Part shown: piece by piece, positions 9,203 to 20,300 of the stretch | How positions within the stretch are numbered: the stretch's first letter is position 1 | Layout: every line of letters begins with the position of its first letter | NCBI GenBank assembly: GCA_964576115.1 | Contig: CAZNUA010000001.1 | Span: 1-64,000 of the forward strand | Origin: an uncultured Gemmatimonadota bacterium | GTDB lineage: Bacteria > Blakebacterota > Blakebacteria > Blakebacterales > Blakebacteraceae | Length of the DNA stretch: 64,000 nt | Reading direction: 5' to 3' | Made by a program: the position numbers and the translations under genes | The notes under the pieces: generated by a model | What the model was told of the DNA's origin: nothing | Seen by the model: the letters and a program-made list of their open reading frames with translations, nothing else | Databases searched by the model: none

Positions 9203-10350
9203 GCCTCGGCCTCCAGGATGTGCACGACGCTGCTGGCGCCGCTGCCGCCCATGTTCTGTGCCAGGGCCACTCGGGCCCCCTCGATCTGGCGCTCACCGGC
9301 TTCACCGCGCAGCTGCTCGGTAAGTTCGATGATCTGCGCCACACCCGAGGCACCGACCGGATGGCCCTTCGACTTCAGGCCTCCGCTGGTGTTGATCGGG
9401 ATCTTCCCGTCCCGCCGGGTCATTCCGGCCGAGACGGCCTCGCCCGACTTGCCCCGCTCGACCAGCCCGAGTTCCTCCATGACAACCAGTTCGGCGATGG
9501 TGAAGCAGTCGTGCACCTCGGCCACGTCGAGGTCGTCGGGACCGATCCCCGCCATGGCGAAAGCCCGCTCGCCTGCCTTGCCGGCCGAGGGGATGGTGGC
9601 GATTTCCTTCCGGTTGTGCAGGGCCAGGACGTCGGTGGCCTGACCCGAGCCGATGATCTTCACGACCGGCTTGCCAAGCTTCTTCGCCATTTCCACCGGG
9701 GCCACGATCACGGCCGCGGCGCCGTCTGTGACCGGCGAGCAGTCCAGCAGGCGCAGGGGTGCGGCCACCAGGGTCGAATTCATGACCTGCTCGCGGCTCA
9801 CCGCGAAGGGGAACTGCGCCCGCGGATTCAGGGCCCCGTTGGCGTGGTTCTTTACCGCCACGTCGGCCAGCTGTTCGCGGGTGGTGCCGTATTTCGCCAT
9901 GTGGGCGTTGGCCATGAAAGCGTAGAGGCCGGGGAAGGTGATCCCGTGGAAGGCCTCGTACTCCTGGTCGGCCGCCGTGGCCAGGGCGAAGGTGGCATCG
10001 GCCCCGTCGTTCATCTTCTCCACCCCGCCGGCCAGCACGATGTCGCTCACCCCGCTGGCCACTTCGATGAAGGCCTGTCTGACGCTGATACCGCCCGAGG
10101 CACAGGCCGACTCGATCCTGGTCGAGGGAATGCCCGCCACACCCAGGTAGTCGGCGCAGAGCGCGGCGATGTGTTCCTGGTGCACGAAGAGCCCGCTCGA
10201 CATCGAGCCCACGTACATGCTGTCGATGTGATCCACGCCGGCGTCGTCGATGGCGGCCAGCGCTGCTTCGGTGAACATGGTGCGCAGGGAGGCGTCCCAG
10301 AGTTCGCCGAAACGCGTCATGCCGACGCCGATGATGGCAACCTCTCTCAT
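9199..10350 (-). CDS. Archaeal-type acetyl-CoA acetyltransferase (thiolase, HDCF type)
   Basis: ESACASGG (catalytic Cys), [21 protein letters not shown]. Confidence 0.93.
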   Translation of the reverse strand: MREVAIIGVGMTRFGELWDASLRTMFTEAALAAIDDAGVDHIDSMYVGSMSSGLFVHQEHIAALCADYLGVAGIPSTRIESACASGGISVRQAFIEVASGVSDIVLAGGVEKMNDGADATFALATAADQEYEAFHGITFPGLYAFMANAHMAKYGTTREQLADVAVKNHANGALNPRAQFPFAVSREQVMNSTLVAAPLRLLDCSPVTDGAAAVIVAPVEMAKKLGKPVVKIIGSGQATDVLALHNRKEIATIPSAGKAGERAFAMAGIGPDDLDVAEVHDCFTIAELVVMEELGLVERGKSGEAVSAGMTRRDGKIPINTSGGLKSKGHPVGASGVAQIIELTEQLRGEAGERQIEGARVALAQNMGGSGASSVVHILEAEA

Positions 10351-10367
10351 CTCTCTCTCCTCCCCGC

Positions 10368-11414
10368 TCAGTCGTTCATGTGGATCTTGCCGCGGAACTT
10401 CGCGTACTCGCCGTAGGTGAGGTAGATCTTCCCCTCATCTCGCAGAGTCGCAAAGCTCGGCGCCAGATCGCGCACGTTTTCGATTTCCTCGGTCACCCGC
10501 AGCACGAAGGCATCGCTGCCGGCCCCCGAGCCGAACGAGACCAGCAGAACCCGATCGCCCGGTTGGGCCACGTCCAGGGTCGACACCAGCCCGGTCGGCG
10601 AGCTGCCCGAGTAGGTATTCCCGATCCAGGGCACGATCCAGCCCGGCTCGATCTGCTCCTTCTCGAATCCGAGAGTCTTGCCCGCCTTCATCGGGAACTT
10701 GCCGTTGGGCATGTGGAATACGCCGTAGGCGAAGTCTTTGGCCTCGAGCCCGGCCCGCTCCATCATCCCCCGCCCTGCACTCAGGACGTGCCGGAAGTAG
10801 GCCGGTTCGCCGGTGAAGCGGCCGCCGTGCATGGGGTACATGCGGCCCTCGCGGCGCCAGAAATCGGCCGTATCGGAGGTGTAGGAGTAGGTGGCTTCGA
10901 TTTCGACGACCACCTTCTCCGAGCCCATGATGAAGGCCGAGCCCCCGGCCGAGGCGGTGAATTCCAAGGCGTCGCCCGGGGCTCCCTGCGAGGTGTCGGC
11001 CCCGATACCGAGGGCGTATTTCATCTCCCCGGCCTTGACGTGGCTGTAGGCCACGTACATCGCCTCGGTGCCTGCCTTGCAGGCGAACTCGTAATCGGCG
11101 ACGTGCACGTCGGGACCGATGCCGAGAGCGTCGATCACGACCGTGCCGCTCGGTTTGACGGCATAGGGATGCGATTCGCTGCCGATGTAGACCGCGCCGA
11201 TCTCGAGCGGATCGATGCGGGCGCGTGCAAGGGCGTACTTGGCCGCCTGCACCGAGATGGTGATCGTATCCTCATCCACACCGGGGACGGTTTTCTCCTG
11301 AACCAGCAGGCCGTTGGTGACCGTGGCCGGATCCTTCCCCCACTGTGAAGCGATCTCTTCCACCTTGATGCGATAGCGGGGAACGTACGCTCCATATCCA
11401 ACGATACCGGTCAT
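10368..11414 (-). CDS. Archaeal-type hydroxymethylglutaryl-CoA synthase
   Basis: [33 protein letters not shown] (catalytic Cys), [27 protein letters not shown]; 348 aa. Confidence 0.92.
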   Translation of the reverse strand: MTGIVGYGAYVPRYRIKVEEIASQWGKDPATVTNGLLVQEKTVPGVDEDTITISVQAAKYALARARIDPLEIGAVYIGSESHPYAVKPSGTVVIDALGIGPDVHVADYEFACKAGTEAMYVAYSHVKAGEMKYALGIGADTSQGAPGDALEFTASAGGSAFIMGSEKVVVEIEATYSYTSDTADFWRREGRMYPMHGGRFTGEPAYFRHVLSAGRGMMERAGLEAKDFAYGVFHMPNGKFPMKAGKTLGFEKEQIEPGWIVPWIGNTYSGSSPTGLVSTLDVAQPGDRVLLVSFGSGAGSDAFVLRVTEEIENVRDLAPSFATLRDEGKIYLTYGEYAKFRGKIHMND

Positions 11415-11541
11415 GGGGCTCCCCTGTGGCTCGCGTGGTCGGTGTGAGAACTGGTGAGTATGGCGGGTTCCTCCTCGTGCGTGCTGCAGCTTTGTCGGGC
11501 ACGGGAGAATCTACAATGAGCGCCAGCCGGAAACAACCGAT

Positions 11542-12345
11542 TCAGAGAGCAGCGACGATATAGACCAGCCAGGTTTCCTGGTTCTCCTCAACGCTCGTCT
11601 CGACATACTCGCCGGTCCCGACCCCCTCGTCGTCGACTTGCTCCCAGAAAACGGTCAGGTGGCTGAAACCGGCTTCGGTGAGACAATCGCGCACCTCGGG
11701 CAGGGACCAGAGCCGCCAGTCGTAGCTGAATGCCCGCCCCAGTTCCGAGCCGTCGGGGAAGACAAAGGAGATGTGGCAGCGGGTCAGGCCGGTCAGGGGA
11801 TTGTAGAATTCCTGCTCCCAGCGGTAGGTGAAACCGTCACCCTCGCGCTCCTCGGTGGTGGCAACGATGGCTTCGGTGCCGCCGTACATCTCGAGCACCA
11901 GGATACCCTCGGAGCCGATCGCCGAGCGCACCCCCGCCAGGTAGCGCATCAGGTCGGCCCGGTTCATGAGAGCGTTGAAGGAGAAGTTCATGGCGCTGAC
12001 CACATCGGCCTCGATCCCGCTCACCTGGCGCACGTCGGCGGTCACCAGGTCCACCCGGGCGGCTGTTTCCTCGCCCAAAGGATCGAGATTGTGCTCCCGG
12101 CCCCAGGCCAGGGCCTCGGCATCGATGTCGATCGCCACCGCCCGGCGGTGTTCGTCTCCCCTGACCCATTCGGCCGAGAGCAGGGCTGTGCCGGCAAAAT
12201 CTTCTCGCAACACGAGCGGCTCGCGGCCCCGCAGCTCGCGGAAGCGGCTCGTGATGATCTCGATGTCGGTTTCGGGATTCTGGACCGACCGCTGGTAAAT
12301 CTCCCAGCGGTCGGCTCCCGCAGCTGTCAGATCGTTCTGCTCCAT
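11542..12345 (-). CDS. Class I SAM-dependent methyltransferase
   Basis: LREDFAGTA motif I variant, AIDID, AMNFSF, FSYDWRLWSLPEVRD. Confidence 0.82.
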   Translation of the reverse strand: MEQNDLTAAGADRWEIYQRSVQNPETDIEIITSRFRELRGREPLVLREDFAGTALLSAEWVRGDEHRRAVAIDIDAEALAWGREHNLDPLGEETAARVDLVTADVRQVSGIEADVVSAMNFSFNALMNRADLMRYLAGVRSAIGSEGILVLEMYGGTEAIVATTEEREGDGFTYRWEQEFYNPLTGLTRCHISFVFPDGSELGRAFSYDWRLWSLPEVRDCLTEAGFSHLTVFWEQVDDEGVGTGEYVETSVEENQETWLVYIVAAL

Positions 12346-12439
12346 CGGTATGTTCCCTAACCTCCCATTTCCGAATTCCGACTCACTGCCTACACCACCC
12401 TACAGTGACGCCTGCCCTCGGACGACGATGCCGTTGAAC

Positions 12440-13483
12440 TCAGTATTCGCTGAAGATCCGGGCGATCTCGGTCTCGTCCTCGGTCACGGTCAGGGCCAGC
12501 ATCAGCAGGATGCGGGCCTTGTGGGCAGGGAGCGTATCCACCCCTCTCGTGACTCTGCCCTCGGGGGTGCGCGAACCGCGTACGATCGTCACCCCGGCTT
12601 CGCGCAGCAGGCGCCAGGCCCCCGAGAACGACGACGGCGCCCCGCCGGCTCCGACCCCCTCCACGACAAGCGCGCGGCAACCGCCCTCAATGAATCCGGT
12701 CACGGCGTGCTCGTCGATCCCGATATAGGTCGAGACGATATCCACCCGGGGCAGTCTATCGAGACCCGCCAGATCGAATTCCGAATCGGCCGTGTGCCGC
12801 CGGGTCGGCCGGCGGTAGAAAACGACCCCGTCGGAGTCGACCCAGCCGAGCAGGCCGAGGGCCCCGCTGGTGAAGGTGTGCAGGCGGTGCGTATCTCCTT
12901 TGTAGACATCGCGGGCCGAGTTGATCTCGTCGTTGAGCATGACCATCGCCCCCATGCCCACCGCGGCCGGATCGGCCGCCACCCGGATGGCGTTGAAGAG
13001 ATTCATCGGCCCGTCGGCCGAGACCGAACTGGAGGGGCGCATTGCGCCGGTACAGACCACCGGCTTGCGGCTCTTCACCGTCAGGTGCAGGAAGAAGGCG
13101 GTTTCATCGAGGGTGTCTGTGCCGTGGGTGACCACCACCCCGTCGCAGGGTTCAGGCCCCTCGAGCAACTCGGTGATCCGCTGCGACATGGCGATCCAGC
13201 GCTGAACGCTCATCGAACCCGAGGGGATATTGCTGAACTGCTCCACCCGAACCTCGGCGATGTCCTCGATGCCCGGGATCATCTCGAGCAGCTGCTGGCC
13301 GGTGAAGCCGATCGAGTACCCGCTGACCCGGGTCGGCGAGCCGGCCCGGCTGGCGATCGTGCCGCCGGTGGCCAGAACGACCACCTTCGGTTTCGCGCTC
13401 TGTGCTCCGACTGCACCAGGTCCGAGAGCAAGCAGTGCGGTAATGATGAACATCGACCTTATCGGACGGGAGCGGATCGTCAT
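12440..13483 (-). CDS. Secreted type II L-asparaginase
   Basis: Signal peptide; ATGGTIAS, HGTDTLDET, TGAMRP, KARILLMLAL. Confidence 0.93.
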   Translation of the reverse strand: MTIRSRPIRSMFIITALLALGPGAVGAQSAKPKVVVLATGGTIASRAGSPTRVSGYSIGFTGQQLLEMIPGIEDIAEVRVEQFSNIPSGSMSVQRWIAMSQRITELLEGPEPCDGVVVTHGTDTLDETAFFLHLTVKSRKPVVCTGAMRPSSSVSADGPMNLFNAIRVAADPAAVGMGAMVMLNDEINSARDVYKGDTHRLHTFTSGALGLLGWVDSDGVVFYRRPTRRHTADSEFDLAGLDRLPRVDIVSTYIGIDEHAVTGFIEGGCRALVVEGVGAGGAPSSFSGAWRLLREAGVTIVRGSRTPEGRVTRGVDTLPAHKARILLMLALTVTEDETEIARIFSEY

Positions 13484-13591
13484 CTCTGCCTCCTGCCGGC
13501 GGGCACTAGCCGAACGGAATACCGGATCCCGTCCATGATAATCGCTCACAGGACGGTCTGAAACTGTCGAGCGCCGGGCGCCGTTGGTGGA

Positions 13592-14926
13592 TCAGCGACC
13601 GGGATGCACCGGTACGATCAACCGGTAGCAATTCACCACCGGCGTGCCGTCCTCCGTCTGCAGGCAGAGTATCAACCTGTCGCCGCTGACGACCGGCCTC
13701 GGCCAGAAGGGCGGGTCCTTCAACATTTCCTCTCCCGGAAGCTCGAGCTCCCCCAGGTATCCGCCCTCATAGGTAAAGACATCGATCACGGTTTCTTCGA
13801 GCCATAACGGATCGAGGGGAGACGCCTCTTCGGGATCGATATGATCGCTCTGATCCCGACCCTGACCCGATCGCCAGACCCAGATACGGTTCTCACCATC
13901 CAGAACGATGAATTTGTACGGTGCCTTCAGGCGCGGGATCGGCGGACCGTTCCACGTCCAGTCCTCATCGTTGGATCGTACCACCCGGGTCCAGGCTTCC
14001 CGCCACCACTCCCGCTCTTCTCTCTTCGTCGGGACAGGTTCGTCCTCCTTCTCGATGATCAGGACCTTCTCCCCGGCTTCATGAACCTCCAGGCGGTAGG
14101 TGTCGCTGACTCCACAGACGAATCTCCCGGCGGCATCAATCGCCCAGACATACCGGGGCGTGAAAGGAACCGGAAAATTGATCAGGCCTTCGAGGCTGTA
14201 GATCGACCTGGCCGGGTGGTCGATGAGCGGGAGGGTGAGGGTGTCACCGGTCGCCCCCTCCGGGCCGAGGACGATCACACCCTCGGTGGTATCCATCACG
14301 TCCAGCGGGGAGGAGAGGTGGATCGGCAGGTAAACCAGCGAATCGGAGATTACCACCGGCGGATGGGCCAGGGCTTCGGTCTGCGGGATCGGCCAATGGG
14401 TGATCGGGTCACCGGCCAGAGTGTAGATATTCAGGCGCAGGAGGCGGACATCACGAACGACGAGCCGCTTGCGGAAGCCGTCCCACGTCAGGCCACGGGG
14501 ATTGCGAAATTCACCGGGACCGGCTCCCAAGCGTCCAATATCCCGCACGTGCCTGCCTTCATCGCTGTATACCCTGACCGAGTGCGTCTGACCGTCCAGG
14601 ATACAGAGGGCACCATCGCACCAGTCATATCCGCGGACATCACCCAGTAAATAGGCCTCGTCTTGCGTTGCTGCCCCGATCGAGGCCTCCAATTCGAGCC
14701 GCGCCCCACCCCTCCAGAGTGAACCGGAGACGGTCCGAACCACCGGGATCCCATCCTCCAACGACTGTTCACTCAACCACTCACCGGCTGCCGAGGACTG
14801 GCCGTGTGAACATCCGGTTGCCAGCAGGATAGCCATGCCGAAGACAAGACTGAGGAGCGGATGGAGGCAGCGATGCAGGTACTGCCGTAACGGCCTGTCA
14901 CGCCGATCAGGAGGGTGAACAGTCAT
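13592..14926 (-). CDS. 6-bladed beta-propeller lipoprotein
   Basis: Lipobox ATGC; VRDIGRLGAGPGEF; DVFTYEGGYLG C-terminal blade. Confidence 0.75.
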   Translation of the reverse strand: MTVHPPDRRDRPLRQYLHRCLHPLLSLVFGMAILLATGCSHGQSSAAGEWLSEQSLEDGIPVVRTVSGSLWRGGARLELEASIGAATQDEAYLLGDVRGYDWCDGALCILDGQTHSVRVYSDEGRHVRDIGRLGAGPGEFRNPRGLTWDGFRKRLVVRDVRLLRLNIYTLAGDPITHWPIPQTEALAHPPVVISDSLVYLPIHLSSPLDVMDTTEGVIVLGPEGATGDTLTLPLIDHPARSIYSLEGLINFPVPFTPRYVWAIDAAGRFVCGVSDTYRLEVHEAGEKVLIIEKEDEPVPTKREEREWWREAWTRVVRSNDEDWTWNGPPIPRLKAPYKFIVLDGENRIWVWRSGQGRDQSDHIDPEEASPLDPLWLEETVIDVFTYEGGYLGELELPGEEMLKDPPFWPRPVVSGDRLILCLQTEDGTPVVNCYRLIVPVHPGR

Positions 14927-15174
14927 GGCAATATCCAGTCACAGGAACGGTCTGCAGGCTGTGAATTTCGATCAATTGATTTCTGTCCCCACGGTAGTGC
15001 GGTCGGTACCGTCATGATGTACGATATAATTCGTATTTTGTTTCGCTGACCCCGTGGAACCGTTCCCGATCAGACAGAGACGGTTCCGGAGACAGACCTC
15101 CGCAGCCCGGTGCGTTCCGGGTAGGCACCATCCGCCCGGTCGTGATATCCTCTGCCCCTCGAGAGGAGGAAGAG

Positions 15175-16773
15175 ATGAAGTCACGCGTTGCTGCCCTGCC
15201 CGTCCTGCTTCTGACCGCCAGCCTGATCCTGTCGAGCACACCGTCGCCGACCGCGGCTCAGGAAGCCCTCCCCGGCGAGGTTTCGGGGCTGGTCAACGAA
15301 AGTCTCGCTCTGGTCCTGAACACCCTGCCCCGCCGGGTCGACGAGCCCCTCCGGGTGGCGGTTGAGGGACTGCAGACCGGGGACCGCGAGACCCGGCTCG
15401 GCGAGCTCTTCGCCATGGCCCTCACGACCCGGCTGGTGCAGCGCGAGGACGATCGGTACGAGGTCGTCGCCCTGCAGCATTACGAATCGATGATGATGGC
15501 CGACCTGCCTGCAGGTGTGATCCGGGCGGGGATCGAACACATCGATCTGGTCGTCAACGGCAAGCTCTACCTGACCGAGGAGGCGCTCACCGCCGTGATC
15601 CAGATCGTTCGCCTCTCGAACATGACGGTCGTGGACGGATTCGAACGAACCTTGCCGGCTTCACCGCGCACGCGGGAACTGATCGGTTCCGCTGGTGGTG
15701 TTGCGACCGGGGGAGACGGTTACGAACCCGACTCTCCCGACGGGGCCCGCACGCTCGTTCCGGGCCAGGTTCTGAGCGGGCACTCGCTCATGCCCGAGGG
15801 CGACGAAGACTGGTTTTATTTCGAAAACGACGATACCGGCATGGTCACGGTCCATACCCTGGGTCAGATCGACACCTATCTCGAGGTCTACGACGCCGGC
15901 GATCTCTACACCATCCTGACCGAGAACGACGATTACGAGGACGGTAATGCCCGGGTCGTCTTCTATTCCAGTCCGGGCCGGCGCTTCATCGTCAAGGCGC
16001 GGGGATTCAGCCCCTCCAGCACCGGCGAGTACGGGATCGGGTGTGCCTTCGAACCGGTCGGGGAGGATTCGGGCGAGCCCGACAACCTGCTCGAACAGGC
16101 CGGGGACCTGTCTCCTGACGGTGAGTGGCACGACAGACTGATCATGCCCGTCGGCGACAGCGACTGGTTCGCCGTCGAGGTGCCGGCTTCAATGGGCAGC
16201 GGAGCGGTCCTGCGGGTGGAAACCGCAGGAGACATGGATACCGTCATGGAACTGTATGCAGCGGACGGGGAGTCGGTGACCAGCGACGATGACAGCGGGG
16301 AGGGGAACAACGCCCGGATCGATTACGTTCTGCCGCACACCGGCCGATACTACGTACAAATCATGCCCTACAGCACGAATGAGACCGGTCCCTACCGGAT
16401 CAGGGCCGAACTCGAACAGCTCGTCCCCGACGCCTACGAGCCGGACAATATCTTCGATCAGGCCACCCTGATCGAGTTCAACGGGGCCAGCCAGGACCAC
16501 ACCTTCACACCGGAAGCCGAGGAGGACTGGATCCGCTTCACACTCCCCGAGAATCACAACGTCACCATTGAAACGCGCGGCACCCTCGATACCGTCATGA
16601 CTCTGTACGATGAGGGCGGCAACGAGATCGCCGATGATGACGACGGTGGCGAAGGCAACAATGCCCTGATCGAGCGGTACCTGCCGGCGGGTACGTACTT
16701 CGTGCGCATTACCCAGTTCCAGGGCCTGTCGACGAGCAGCGCACCCTACACGGTTCGTGTGACAGGGCGGTAA
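15175..16773 (+). CDS. Secreted protein with N-terminal FlgO/CsgG-like domain and three PPC-like domains
   Basis: Signal peptide after GAGGAG RBS; three repeats of D-x-(Y/G)EPD..., DxDW, DT(Y/V)xxLY, DDDxGxGNNA. Confidence 0.75.
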   Translation: MKSRVAALPVLLLTASLILSSTPSPTAAQEALPGEVSGLVNESLALVLNTLPRRVDEPLRVAVEGLQTGDRETRLGELFAMALTTRLVQREDDRYEVVALQHYESMMMADLPAGVIRAGIEHIDLVVNGKLYLTEEALTAVIQIVRLSNMTVVDGFERTLPASPRTRELIGSAGGVATGGDGYEPDSPDGARTLVPGQVLSGHSLMPEGDEDWFYFENDDTGMVTVHTLGQIDTYLEVYDAGDLYTILTENDDYEDGNARVVFYSSPGRRFIVKARGFSPSSTGEYGIGCAFEPVGEDSGEPDNLLEQAGDLSPDGEWHDRLIMPVGDSDWFAVEVPASMGSGAVLRVETAGDMDTVMELYAADGESVTSDDDSGEGNNARIDYVLPHTGRYYVQIMPYSTNETGPYRIRAELEQLVPDAYEPDNIFDQATLIEFNGASQDHTFTPEAEEDWIRFTLPENHNVTIETRGTLDTVMTLYDEGGNEIADDDDGGEGNNALIERYLPAGTYFVRITQFQGLSTSSAPYTVRVTGR

Positions 16774-16781
16774 ACGGCGGC

Positions 16782-17336
16782 ATGTCCGCGCTGCAGATCG
16801 TTCTCATCGGGATCCTGGGCCCGGTGATCCTGCTGGTCTCGCGGCGCAGTCTCGCCCGCCCGCGCAGTCACGGCTTCTGGCGGTTCTGGGCTTTCGCCCT
16901 CACCCTCTACCTGATCGTGTCAGCCATCCCGGTCTGGTTCGCGAATCCCGGTTCGCTCCGGCAGGTCGTCTCTTTCGCCCTGCTGGGACTCTCCCTGGTG
17001 TATGTGATCGGCGCCGTCTGGCTCCTCCGGCGGCATGGCGGACGGATGAAACGGTCCGAGACTTCAGGAACCCTGAGATTCGAACAGACCGGCCGGATCG
17101 TCAGCCAGGGTCTGTACCGCTACATCCGCCACCCCATGTACGGTTCGCTCCTGCTGCTGGCCTGGGGCAGCTGGCTCAAGCTCCCGACTGTGTGGGGAAC
17201 TGCCATCGGGGTTCTGACCACACTCGCGCTGGTGGTCACCGCCAGAATCGACGAACGGGAATGCCGCGAGGTGTTCGGGGAGGAGTACACTGCCTACATG
17301 CAGCGAACCCGGTTGTTCGTCCCTTTTCTGTTCTGA
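16782..17336 (+). CDS. ICMT/PEMT family membrane methyltransferase
   Basis: GLYRYIRHPMYGS and DERECREVFGEEYTAYMQRTRLFVPFLF. Confidence 0.88.
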   Translation: MSALQIVLIGILGPVILLVSRRSLARPRSHGFWRFWAFALTLYLIVSAIPVWFANPGSLRQVVSFALLGLSLVYVIGAVWLLRRHGGRMKRSETSGTLRFEQTGRIVSQGLYRYIRHPMYGSLLLLAWGSWLKLPTVWGTAIGVLTTLALVVTARIDERECREVFGEEYTAYMQRTRLFVPFLF

Positions 17337-17351
17337 AGAGGTAGAGAAGTC

Positions 17352-20300
17352 ATGGCAACTATCGATCCCGATCCCGACCCGATACAGCTCGACCGGCGCT
17401 CCTTCCTGAAGACCTCGGGGACGGCCGCGGCGGGGGCGGCTCTGGGGCCTGGACTCGGCTGGGTCGCCCCGGAGCAGGAAGCGTTTGCGGCCTCACCGGA
17501 CGCGGCCGCCGCTGATGCCGGAACCGGATGGGCGGTCCACCCCTTCCCCCTGGCGCAGGTCCGGCTCGGGGAGGGCCTCTTCCGGGACAAGCGGGACCTG
17601 ATGCTCGGCTACGCCCGCAATTACGGGGGCTCAAGCGATATCTTTGCCGGACCGGACCGGCTGCTGAGCATTTTCCGGGCCGCGGCCGGGCTGGACACCC
17701 GGGGAGCGGAACCGGTCGGCGGATGGGAGAGCGCCACTGGCTACCTGCGCGGTCACTATGCCGGCCACTTCATGAGCATGCTCGCCCAGGCCCGGGCCGG
17801 CACCGGCGAGGCGATCTTCCGAGAGAAACTGGACTACATGGTCTCGGCCCTGGCCGAGTGCCAGGCCGCTCTGGCCCGGGCGGCCGAGGAATCCACACCC
17901 CGGGTGCCGGGCCGTTTCGGCACCGCCCTCCGGCTCACCGGCACCCCGCTCGGGCAGGCCGAGTGCGTCCGCCTGCCCGAGGGGATCGCGAGCGGCCTGC
18001 GCGACTTCAGCATCGCCGCCTGGATCAAACTCGGTCTCTATTCTCCCGACGATCTCCCCGACCGCCGGCGCGACCCGATCGATCTGGTGACCGGTTCGGT
18101 CCTCTTCGATTTCGGCTCACCAAATCCCGCCTACGCCGAACCGCCCCTGGCCCACATGTATCTGACGGTCCGGGCCAGCCGGGAGACACCGGTGCCCCGC
18201 TTCGCAATCACCACAGGCGGCCGGGAAGGTGAGCAGGCTCTGGAGGGTCGCGACCCTCTGCCGGTCGGGGAGTGGGTCCATCTGGCGGTCACCCGTTCGG
18301 GCTCGCTCGGCACGCTTTATGTCAACGGAGAGCCGGTGGCCACCAATCCCGGCCTGACACTGAGTCCGGCCGACCTCGGGGAGTTGACCGCCAACTGGCT
18401 CGGCCGGCGCCAGTTCCCGCAGCGCAACGTCTCCTGGCTGAACGCGGATCTGGATGAGTTCGGGATCTGGAGCCGGGCCCTGAGCACAGAGGAGATACGC
18501 TCGCTGCTGCAGTCACCGGAGGGGAAAGCGGGGGGCGCGGATGTCGCCCGATACCGTTTCGACGAACCCTCCGGTCCAACTGCGATCGATACCTCGGGCC
18601 GGGGCCGGGACGCGGAGATCATCGCCCCCACCGATGGCCGGCGTCACCCGGGTTTCCTCTCCGCTTATCCCGAGACTCCCTTCATCCGGCTCGAGGAGTT
18701 TGCCACCTACGGCGGCAACCAGGGGATCTGGGCTCCATATTACACCCTGCACAAGATCATGGCGGGACTCCTCGACGCCCACGTCCACACCGGTAACGAG
18801 CAGGCTCTGGAGATACTCACCGGGATCGGGGACTGGGTCTGGAGCCGGCTCGAACCGCTGCGCCAGGAACAGCTCGACCGGATGTGGAACATCTACATCG
18901 CCGGCGAGTACGGCGGTATCAACGAGAGCCTGGCCGCCCTGCACGCCCTGTGTCCCGACCGGCCCCGGTACCTGGCCGCGGCCCGGCGTTTCGTCAACAC
19001 CCGGGTGTACGCTCCGACCGCTGCCGGGGAGGATGTTCTCGACGGCCGGCATGCCAACCAGCACATTCCGCAGTTCACCGGCTACCTGCGCATCTACGAG
19101 CAGGGCGAAGGAGATGAGTTCCGGACTGCAGCCGCCAACTTCTGGGACATGCTCGTGCCCCACCGTACCTACAGTCACGGCGGTGTCGGGGTGGGCGAGA
19201 TCCTGCGGGCGCGGGATGTCATCGCCGGCTCGCTCTTCGCCGAACGCAACCACGCCGAGACCTGCCCTCTCTACAACCTGCTCAAGCTGAGCCGGAATCT
19301 CTTCTTCCATGACCCCGATCCGAAGTACATGAACTTCTACGAGCGGGGCCTGTTCAACCAGATCGCCAGCTCGCGCCGGGACGCCGAGAGCGACTCGAGC
19401 CCCGAGGTGACCTACTTCGTGCCGGTCCGGCCCGGCGAGCGGCGCAGTTACGGGAACACGGGCACCTGCTGCGGCGGCACGGGGATGGAAAATCACACCA
19501 AGTACCAGGATTCCATTTATTTGCGCTCGGCGGACGAATCCGCCCTCTATGTCAATCTCTACATCCCCTCGACCCTCGAATGGCCGGAGCGGGGTTTCAT
19601 TCTCACCCAGATCACCCGCTACCCCGCAGAGGGCGCCGCCACTCTGATTGTCAACGGCCGCGGTCCCCTGGACCTCAGGCTGCGGGTACCGACCTGGGTG
19701 CGGGCGGGATACGAGCTGACGATCAACGGGGAGGCCCAGGCCATCGAAGCGGTCCCGGGCACCTACCTGAGCCTCGAACGCGAGTGGCGGTCCGGGGATA
19801 GGGTCGAGATACGGATGCCTTTCACATTCCGGACCGAACGGACCATCGACGATCCGACAGTGCAATCACTTTACTACGGTCCCAACCTGATGGCGGTCCA
19901 GGGTCCTGCGTTGGGCGAAGACCTGGCCTCGGGGCTGCTCGAGTTCGGCTTCTACCGTCACGTGAAACTGGACGGCGATCTGGCGCCTGCCCTGACCCCC
20001 ACCGACCAGCCGCTGCATTTCACCCTGAACGGGCGCACCCTGGCTCCTTTTTTCATCGCCGATCCGGTCTCCTCGACCTCTGAAACGACTGCCCCGGAAA
20101 CCCCTGAGGGCAGCCGACGCAGCCGGCGCAGTCCTCCCACCAGCCCCTACCACCTCTATTTCCGGCGTCGGGAACCGGCGGTCGTCTTCGGCTCGGCGGA
20201 TCCGGGTGTCGCCAATCCCGTCGGCAGCGACGGTCTGACCCTGCTCGACACCATCTGGGACTCGGCACCTTTCGAGAGCCATGCCCGCTTCCTGGCCACG

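Noticed and set aside
11542-12345. Methyltransferase as part of a biosynthetic cluster with the HMGCS/thiolase/DUF35 operon
   Set aside because: Separated by about 130 bp of promoter-like spacer, with no carrier protein, PKS or exporter nearby; linkage unsupported.
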